Assembly (NCBI RefSeq): GCF_001194135.2 | Contig: NC_068998.1 | Coordinates: 9,018,483-9,082,482, forward strand | Length of the DNA: 64,000 nt | Direction of reading: 5' to 3' | DNA from: Octopus bimaculoides | Taxonomy: Eukaryota | In this document: piece after piece, positions 1-9,230 of the stretch | Layout: each line of letters opens with the position of its first letter | Numbering within the stretch: position 1 is the stretch's first letter | Made by a program: the position numbers and the translations under genes | The notes under the pieces: model-generated | The model's input: the letters and a program-made list of their open reading frames with translations, nothing else | The model's database searches: none | Told to the model about the DNA's origin: nothing

Positions 1-519
1 GTGATTTTGAACTTGTTGACAGAAGTTGTTATTTCGACATGAAAGGGTTATTTTATTACTGAGAAATTACACAGTATGGTAGAGGAATCATGGTATATAT
101 AAAGAGAGAGAGAGAGGTGAGCGAGAGAAAGTGAGAGATGAGATTGAAACAGTAACAGGATGAAAAAGACATTGTGAAGCAGAGAATTTGAAAGATAAAC
201 CAGTGACATCGATAGATAGATAGAACACTGCAAAAATAGACAAACAAATGGATTAAAAGTTGCATACATATGTATATATATATATATATATATGTAGTGT
301 TATGTGTGTGCGTGTATGTATAATAATATATATATAAATATATGTGCAAACATATATATAATTTTATCTTTAATGTATAATTTGAATTGCTGTTCTTTTT
401 TTTTTTCCTTCGACTGTTGATGTAAATAATTTTAGTTTATTTCATTCCAAAATGTTACTTTGTGTGTGTGTATGTGTGTGTGAACTTTCATGTTTACTGT
501 GTGATTAACCTATCTGCGT

Positions 520-554
<35 letters not shown>

Positions 555-611
555 TACTCATGTATACATACATTTACACACACACGCATGTTTCTTTTGC
601 GTTTTACTTTC

Positions 612-830
612 CTTTTACTTGTTTTAGTCATTTGATTGTGGCCCTGCTGGAGCACCGCCTTCAAGTGTTTTAGGGGTAAGAAATCAACCTCCAAGACTTA
701 TTCTTTCTAAGCCTAGTACTTATTCTGTCAGCCTATTTTGCTGATCCACTAAGTTATGAGGATGCAAAACACACCAACACCGGTTGTCAAGTGGGTGGGT
801 GGTGGCAAACACAGTTACAAAGGCATACAT
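612..830 (-). mobile_element. Family A SINE (CORE-like), 3' half
   Basis: cttttacttgttttagtcatttgattgtggccctgctggagcaccgcc... matches the copies at 16675-16925 and 60931-61130. Confidence 0.85.
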
Positions 831-847
831 ATTTCACCAAGTTGAAA

Positions 848-960
848 TATGTACCTGTTGAGCCCTAGGTCCAAAGTATTTGACCTATCTCCTCCCCTGA
901 AATTACTGACCTTGTGCCAAAATTTAAGACCTTATTAATTATTATTATTATTATTATTAG
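848..960 (+). mobile_element. Family B SINE 3' tail ending in (ATT)n
   Basis: ...cctcccctgaaattactgaccttgtgccaaaattt; same tail at 1262-1305, 19665-19690 and 48930-48970. Confidence 0.65.
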
Positions 961-964
961 TATT

Positions 965-1232
965 AGGTGAGAAAGCAGTCCATGCCATCAAAGTGACACT
1001 GGGGTAAAATATATGAAGCCCAGTATACCCGTCATGACTACCCGTCTGATAAGGGTACACCAGGTACATGCATCACAACCATATGTGCGCGACATACTGA
1101 TCTCATATCAAGATAAACAGCGCATGACCTTGCAGGTGGGGACCCAATTAGAATTTTCTTCAGGTCGAGTAGCCCATCCAGCTCAAAAGGTCCCTGAATA
1201 AGTGTTGTTTAAGGATGTTGAACAAAACACCA
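965..1232. repeat. GC-richer segment, probable interspersed repeat fragment, between two family B tails
   Basis: Abrupt compositional change bounded by SINE tails; single copy in the window; resembles an octopus repeat from memory only. Confidence 0.4.
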
Positions 1233-1685
1233 TTATAAGTACCATTAACTCACCCCACCCCTAATATTGCTGGCCTTGTGCCAAAATTTGAAACCACTAA
1301 CTACAGCATCTCTAAACTTCGNNNNNNNNNNTTCTGGCCTTGTGCCAAAATTTGAAACCACTAACTACAGCATCTCTAAACTTTGAATCGGCCTTCTGAA
1401 TATCCCATATTGTCTCAAAATTCTATTAGAAAGTCTGCTTCCATCTCTTCTACCAACACCCCTATGATGCTCCACCCAGCCTATTTTTAAACTCATTTAT
1501 CAAACAGAATCTGTTAGAGATTATCTCCATTCTGCATTGTCATCACTCTGTAGTTTTGATAAACTTGCCGCAACCTTGTCTGACCCGTTCCTTATATAGC
1601 ATCAATGTAGCCAGTGTCTGTTGTGTATTTTGTTTATCTTCTGCCTGCCTCGCTCATAAAACGGGTTTCCTCCTTTTGTGTCTAC

Positions 1686-1722
<37 letters not shown>

Positions 1723-1760
1723 TGTGAGTGCGAGTGCAAGTGTGCATACATATGTATTGG

Positions 1761-1802
<42 letters not shown>

Positions 1803-2495
1803 TTGTCTCTCTCTGTCTGCCCCTGTTTGCCCCTGTCTGTCCCTGTTAACCCCTGTGGTTGTCTGCATATTTTGATGTGACACACACACCCACGCACACA
1901 TGTACTTGCATGTAGAGACATAAACGCATGCATATACATCTGAATATAAGTGTATACATATACACGAAAATGCATGTTTATTTGTATATATGTGTATGTG
2001 AGTGTATATATAAACACACATGCACGTATATACACATATATATGTACACATACATGTGTACACATACACATTTCTATGTACATACACATACATCACACAT
2101 TCACACAATCTACTGGCACACATATTGTTATGATTAAGCAGTTCTATACACACACACACACACACACATACACACACACACACATACATGCATGCATATG
2201 TCTGGTGATAAGAAGTGGGAGGTAGGTTCATTCCACACCTGATGTATAATGGTAAAGCGAGGAAGGAAGAGGTAATTGTTGAAATCGTTATCTTAATTGC
2301 CAAACTGTGTAATCTTTTGGTAAGCACTTAAACAAATAAAATAAATATCCCCCCCCCCCGCTCTCGCTCTCTCTCTATATATACATATACACATGTACAC
2401 ACACACACACATATACATCTCTATACACACATNNNNNNNNNNGCATGTGCATATATATGTGTATATGTCTATAAACATATATCCATCTAATGTGT

Positions 2496-2552
<57 letters not shown>

Positions 2553-2664
2553 ATTTATGTATGTCTATAAACATATATTCATATAACGTGTATAGACGTG
2601 TGTGTGTGTATATATATATATTTATGTATATGTCTATAAACATAGATTCATGTTTATGTATGCA

Positions 2665-2716
<52 letters not shown>

Positions 2717-3328
2717 CTGTATGTATATATATATATACATACATACATGCACATATACAATACAGACATGTGCACACACACACACACACACATAAATATA
2801 TATATTGAAAACGTTGTTTGAATTTGTAAGTTTCTACTATTTCTTAACAGTATTTCTTTAGTGACTCCAAGTGATGTTTACATCTGATCCGTGTGTCTGC
2901 ATTCCAGAGACGTTTAATCTGTTCAAGACACGATAATGTGAGGTATCATTGACCAATGAACAACCCTAAAAGAAAGGTTGATTGATTCCTCATGTTATTG
3001 TTGTTTGTTGGGGATTTTTTTTTTTAACCCTCGAGTCGGTCATCGCGAAGCAGACCTATGATCATAGGGGGATCCTACAGCAGTGACCATTTTGTTTTCA
3101 TAGTTGTTTTTCATTTTCATCTCTTTGCTGCAAATTTCTTGGCGACCCTGCAGGAAATAAGCCAAATACAATGGTTCAATAAATACAACAAGCACTATTT
3201 TGCATCCAGTTAACCTTTATGCAACTGACCTCAGATGAGGACAGTGGGTCAATGTGGGTTAAAACATGATAATGATGATGATTGTTTTCAATTATGATAT
3301 TGTTAAAATTGATGAGTTTATTAAAAAT

Positions 3329-3372
3329 CTTAATCTGTTTTTTTTTTCTTTTCTTTTTCCTTCTAGGTAAGT
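3329..3372 (+). promoter_or_regulatory. Candidate recursive splice site (ratchet point) 1: CTTAAT branch-like motif, 27-nt pyrimidine tract, AG|GTAAGT
   Basis: cttaatctg-ttt...ttccttct-AG(3365-3366)|GTAAGT(3367-3372). Confidence 0.6.
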
Positions 3373-4125
3373 TACACCGATTCAGAATTGGAATGTTTGT
3401 TCTGTATATTGTGGATCTTTTCATTCTTTGGTTCCTCCTCCAAAAACGATGCTCTTTAAACAGAAGGTTTCAAAATATAAACAGACTTTGGCATATTCCT
3501 GTAAAAATATATATATTTATTTTTTCACAATTGTCAATGTGGAGATATTGTTGAAGGTATGTTAATATTTCTGCCACAACCAATAAACCATTATCGTGTG
3601 TTATTTTCTTCATTTCCCTTTCTGATCTCAATTTGAAATTTGTTGTGAATGAATTTGCCTTCCGGGGTGGCTAATGGGGCCTGATAAAAATAAGTAGGCA
3701 AATATAGTTAAGCACCCGCAAGCATTCCTACAATTGCGTTTAGCTTTTGCAGAGAAAAAGATGAAGAGATGGTTTTGTTATAATACCAGACTATTGTGAA
3801 CATATTGAAATTTTTAAGTATCAATAATAGTAGCTTGATTAGAAATATTTATTTTTTCTCTTTTTTCCTTTCTATTAGGATACGCCTTGTGTGTGTGTAA
3901 ATATGTATACACATGCACACATACTGGCTCTGTCTTCTCTTCTGTTATGTCTTGGGTCATCGTTGACAACAACAGATGATATAATAATAATAATAATTAT
4001 AACAATTACGGAGATGTACTTGCATAGCATGTGACTTGATCTGAGATCGAGTGTTGGAACGAAAACAATTGCAGCGTGGGAGGTGTTTATAAGCCATTAT
4101 AATAATGATGAGAAGATGAAGAATC

Positions 4126-4264
4126 TTTTCTACTAAAAGCACAAGGCCTGAAATTTTCTGGGGGGTGGGTACTAGTCGATTATATTGACCCGAGTACGTA
4201 AGGATGAAAGGCAAAGTTGATCCCAACAGAATTTGAACCGAGAACTTAAAGACAGACAAAATGC
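4126..4264 (-). mobile_element. Family B SINE, degraded with internal deletion
   Basis: ggatgaaaggcaaagttgatcccaacagaatttgaacc matches the core of 25595-25810. Confidence 0.75.
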
Positions 4265-4359
4265 ATATATTCGTGCACCCCCCCCACACACACACACACA
4301 AGTATGGCTGTGTGGTTAAGGTTAAGAAGTTCCTTCCCTCACTTTGTGGTTCCTACTAA

Positions 4360-4620
4360 CTTATGGGGGTGTAAACAAACCAACACCATTTGTCAAGTCG
4401 TTGGGGTGATAAAAACAGATACACAAGGATACCCCTTCACACACACAAACACACACTCACACACACATATGATGGGCTTCTTTTCAGTTTCTATCTACCA
4501 AATTCCGTCATAAGGCTTTAGTGAAAAATACAAAATACATTTGGCCTAAGTGCCATGCAGTGAGACTGAACCCAGAACCATATGGGTAGGAAGTAAATTT
4601 CTTACCACACAGCCACGCCT
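4360..4620 (-). mobile_element. Family A SINE: head, internal (CA)n and part of the tail
   Basis: gggcttcttttcagtttctatctaccaaattc...gactgaacccagaacc...cttaccacacagccac. Confidence 0.85.
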
Positions 4621-6310
4621 CTGCATCTTTTTGTCTTTCTTTTTTTTTCTTTTTTTTTGTATATTTATGGAAAACTTGTAATATGAGGGTCAGATGAATA
4701 TAAAGGAATTTTTTCTGAACAAAAAAATGTCTGAGAGGGCGGGGCTACTATATAGTGATAACATTAACCATTTGACCCCTCCCCTCCTCTGTGTACTCCC
4801 TCATCACTTATCTATCAATTTAACCTTTTCCTAAGGGCACAAAGAGACCTACTGAACCTTTCTTGGAATGCCTCTTNNNNNNNNNNNNNNNNNNNNNNNN
4901 NNNNNNNNNNNNNNNNNNNNNNNNNNNNNNNNNNNNNNNNNNNNNNNNNNNNNNNNNNNNNNNNNNNNNNNNNNNNNNNNNNNNNNNNNNNNNNNNNNNN
5001 NNNNNNNNNNNNNNNNNNNNNNNNNNNNNNNNNNNNNNNNNNNNNNNNNNNNNGGTTTTGACCTTTGTATGTTGTTATGATTCTGTTTTGTTTTGTTTGT
5101 GTGTGTGTTTGCATTTATATATTTTTGTTTCTGTGAAGAAGGTGAAGGTGTGGGCGGGTGTTTGCAGAGTGCTCTGACCTTTTGTCTTTTTTAAGGGCTA
5201 GGCTCACTTATGAATGATATTCTAATTAACATATGTATATTGCATTTGGTGTATATGTTGGTATATGTCACTGTGTATGTGTTTTTAATGCATGTGTATA
5301 TATATATATATATATATATATNNNNNNNNNNNNNNNNNNNNNNNNNNNNNNNNNNNNNNNNNNNNNNNNNNNNNNNNNNNNNNNNNNNNNNNNNNNNNNN
5401 NNNNNNNNNNNNNNNNNNNNNNNNNNNNNNNNNNNNNNNNNNNNNNNNNNNNNNNNNNNNNNNNNNNNNNNNNNNNNNNNNNNNNNNNNNNNNNNNNNNN
5501 NNNNNNNNNNNNNNNNNNNNNNNNNNNNNNNNNNNNNNNNNNNNNNNNNNNNNNNNNNNNNNNNNNNNNNNNNNNNNNNNNNNNNNNNNNNNNNNNNNNN
5601 NNNNNNNNNNNNNNNNNNNNNNNNNNNNNNNNNNNNNNNNNNNNNNNNNNNNNNNNNNNNNNNNNNNNNNNNNNNNNNNNNNNNNNNNNNNNNNNNNNNN
5701 NNNNNNNNNNNNNNNNNNNNNNNNNNNNNNNNNNNNNNNNNNNNNNNNNNNNNNNNNNNNNNNNNNNNNNNNNNNNNNNNNNNNNNNNNNNNNNNNNNNN
5801 NNNNNNNNNNNNNNNNNNNNNNNNNNNNNNNNNNNNNNNNNNNNNNNNNNNNNNNNNNNNNNNNNNNNNNNNNNNNNNNNNNNNNNNNNNNNNNNNNNNN
5901 NNNNNNNNNNNNNNNNNNNNNNNNNNNNNNNNNNNNNNNNNNNNNNNNNNNNNNNNNNNNNNNNNNNNNNNNNNNNNNNNNNNNNNNNNNNNNNNNNNNN
6001 NNNNNNNNNNNNNNNNNNNNNNNNNNNNNNNNNNNNNNNNNNNNNNNNNNNNNNNNNNNNNNNNNNNNNNNNNNNNNNNNNNNNNNNNNNNNNNNNNNNN
6101 NNNNNNNNNNNNNNNNNNNNNNNNNNNNNNNNNNNNNNNNNNNNNNNNNNNNNNNNNNNNNNNNNNNNNNNNNNNNNNNNNNNNNNNNNNNNNNNNNNNN
6201 NNNNNNNNNNNNNNNNNNNNNNNNNNNNNNNNNNNNNNNNNNNNNNNNNNNNNNNNNNNNNNNNNNNNNNNNNNNNNNNNNNNNNNNNNNNNNNNNNNNN
6301 NNNNNNNNNN

Positions 6311-6595
6311 TCATCATCATCATCATCGTTTAACGTCCGCTTTCCATGCTAGCATGGGTTATATATATAAATGTATTTGTGTGTCTATATATATATATAT
6401 ATAAATTTATTTGTATATATATAGGGGTACTGGCATCGGCCACGTTTGGATGATACTTTTTACATGCCACTGGCACAGGGGCCAGTCAGGTGGTCCTGGC
6501 ATTTATCACGTTCATACAGTGTTTTTTACATGCCACTGGAATAGGAGCCAGTCAGGGGGCACTGGCCACAGCTACGATTTTGGTTTTATTTGACT
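6311..6595 (-). mobile_element. Family C element fragments (3' tail catgctagcatggaaagcggacgttaaacgatgatg plus internal ~60-bp units)
   Basis: catcatcgtttaacgtccgctttccatgctagcatggg at 6320-6358; two tttttacatgccactgg...gccagtcagg units at 6455-6560. Confidence 0.75.
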
Positions 6596-6873
6596 CAACA
6601 GGTCGCACACATGCATCATACGGTCTACCTTTCATCCTGAGATTTTTGCAGTTTTTTTTTCTGTATTTTTCGCAACCCTTTTTTTTTATGAGGGGAAACT
6701 TCCAGTGGATAAAACACCATGAAAAGATGGATTAATTAAACTTGCTCACTTCCTGTTTTGTGATATTTACCTAACATCAGATACTATACTGAGAGAGAGA
6801 AGAAGAGATTGATAGAGAGAGGGATGGAGAGATAGGGATGGTACCTACAAACTGGTTGTGCTTGAGAGAAAGC

Positions 6874-6896
<23 letters not shown>

Positions 6897-6907
<11 letters not shown>

Positions 6908-7130
6908 ATAAAAGTGAAAAAACTACAGAAGGCTTGTGTTACATGGTTAAAGTATATATTTAAATTATGTCAGAAAAATGTTATAAAATTTTTTTGGTAT
7001 ATAAACACTGTATTTGGAATGTTTATATACCAAAAGAATTTTATAACATTTTTCTGACATAATTTAAATATATACTTTAACCATGTAACACAAGCCTTCT
7101 GTAGTTTTTTCACTCTTATTATCTTTTATA
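6897..7130. repeat. Long inverted repeat: 111-bp arms (2 mismatches) and 12-nt loop, embedded in (TA)n
   Basis: Arm 6897-7007 is the reverse complement of 7020-7130. Confidence 0.95.
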
Positions 7131-7164
7131 CATCCAACCACGTGCTTTCACATACCAACTTTCT

Positions 7165-7220
<56 letters not shown>

Positions 7221-7791
7221 GATATACATACATACATACATGCATACATAGACTGTTAGTGTTTGAGTGAGAGAGAAAGCGATATACACAAGCTAATTGC
7301 ATTTGAGAGAGAGAGAGAGATAGAGAGAGTGCTTGTGTTTAAGACATACACACATTTTTGTTGGTGAAGATACACTATATTTGAAACACACACACACACG
7401 GATGCACTCTCTTTTGTTGTCCAAAACACATTCATCCAATGCGTTTCAAAGACACACAAGCTTGTTCAAGGCTCACATGTGGGCACTCTATTGTTGTTCA
7501 AACTCTTTTATTCTGCAACGTGTTTCAATTGTGAGTCTGTGATCACACTGTTACACTTCCTCAAAGGAATGTAATCAATTACATGAAACCACAGTGCCTG
7601 ATCTGTTCCTACTTCCTTATTTTTATCTCCTTCAGAAAGATAAAAGGCTATGGATATTCGATGTGGAATTTGAACTCAGAGCCTAAAGTAATGTTGCCGT
7701 AAACCACAAAGTACTTTGCGTGACATTCCATTCCCAATCCTGCCACCCCCAATCCTGCCTTCCACCCAGTATCTTAGTTAATGCAACAGTG

Positions 7792-7830
7792 TATGAGATG
7801 GTATCAAAAAGTTCCCGGACTAGTTCTGTA
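7792..7830 (+). mobile_element. Isolated mariner-type terminal inverted repeat
   Basis: tatgagatggtatcaaaaagttcccggactagttctgta matches the left end of the mariner remnant at 22274-22310. Confidence 0.75.
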
Positions 7831-7945
7831 TTATTTTAGAATGGCATTGTAGGGTAGATGTGAAAGGCCAAATCTGGTTAGTTTGAATATAAGACAAATG
7901 GAATGTTTGGGCTGGACATGGCCAGTTTAAATGCTAAAGAGTTAA
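7831..7945 (+). mobile_element. Right half of a TTAA-ended (piggyBac-like) MITE
   Basis: Aligns with 23035-23104 and ends aatgctaaagagttaa. Confidence 0.7.
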
Positions 7946-7980
7946 GAGCATTTTTGCTTCTTTTCTTTCAGAAAGCAATG

Positions 7981-8062
7981 CTGGAGTATTTGAGGGCCTG
8001 GAGTATTTGAGGGCCTGGAGTATTTGAGGGCCTGGAGTACTTGAGGGCCTGGAGTATTTGAG
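7981..8062. repeat. 17-bp minisatellite (ctggagtatttgagggc) x 4.8
   Basis: Units start at 7981, 7998, 8015, 8032 and 8049; one substitution. Confidence 0.95.
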
Positions 8063-8237
8063 TGACAGCAGGTCACTGCTTACATAGATTAATAATATCT
8101 GGACCCTAGACCTATGGCAGAATCCAGGCAACTTGTCAAGTGTCCCCAAACATTCAGATGGTACTGCTTCCATCAAACTTGGCCTTCTTGGTATTTGAAG
8201 ACAGCATGCAGAGTGGTGGAAGAAATACCATACAGTA

Positions 8238-8345
8238 ATAAGATATTTTCTTATTTCTATACTGCCCACAAGGGGCTACACACAGAGGGGACAAACAAAG
8301 ACAGACAAAGGGATTAAGTCAATTATATCGACCCCAGTGCGTAAA
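8238..8345 (-). mobile_element. Family B SINE 3' tail
   Basis: ctgcccacaaggggctacacacagaggggacaaacaaagacagacaaagggattaagtcaattatatcgaccccag; matches the tail of 25595-25810. Confidence 0.85.
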
Positions 8346-8850
8346 TTTACTGTTGGAGATAAGATATTTTCTGCCAAGTCATTGTCCATATTATAGACAT
8401 GAAAATTGGTTCGCTGTTCTCAGAATTCTCTGAGAATGGGAAGGACTGACTTGTCCCGGACTTGCTAAAATACCTGAGACAATACCTTGCAATTGCTAGT
8501 TAAGGTATTTTCACTTTCTGATTTCAAGAACTGCCAAGGTGGAATTTTGGAATTTTGGCTTTCATCCTACCTGGGTTATATCAAATATAAAGCATCTGCA
8601 AAACACCGGGTCGATTTATTTAATCGACTCTACTCACCCTTAAAACGTGTGGTCTTGGCCTCCTGTGTCTGTTTGTGTGTGGTGTTAGAAATCAGTGCCT
8701 GTTTGCGTAATGGCAGAGATAACCCAGATAAGGGGCCGTTTAACCAGCCATAACAGAGAGAGAGAGAGAGAGACAGGGAGAGAGAGATTGAGATTGAGAT
8801 CATAGAAAAGCATCCTAATGCATTATGACCTGTAATAAACGCTGTGGCTT

Positions 8851-8902
8851 TTCCCAACTGTAATAAAAGCTATCTTAATATGGCTTTTATTACAGTTGGG
8901 AA
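8851..8902. repeat. Perfect 20-bp inverted repeat (hairpin), 12-nt spacer
   Basis: ttcccaactgtaataaaagc (8851-8870) / gcttttattacagttgggaa (8883-8902). Confidence 0.95.
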
Positions 8903-8986
8903 GGCATGAGTGTCACAGGAGATCAGTAGATATGCTGTTGCGTTTGTTTATCGATAGGCTGTCGTTTGTATTGTAATGTGTGTGTA

Positions 8987-9021
<35 letters not shown>

Positions 9022-9081
9022 GCACATACATACTTATGTATGTATATGCATAAATAGATATAGCTATGTATACATAGATGG

Positions 9082-9113
<32 letters not shown>

Positions 9114-9177
9114 ATATATATATATATNNNNNNNNNNNNNNNNNNNNNNNNNNNNNNNNNNNNNNNNNATATGTATA

Positions 9178-9230
<53 letters not shown>

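Noticed and set aside
1270-1384. ~52-bp direct duplication
   Set aside because: The copies flank a short N gap; this is typical of an unmerged contig overlap
7981-8062. CRISPR-like array
   Set aside because: Contiguous repeats without spacers, in eukaryotic DNA
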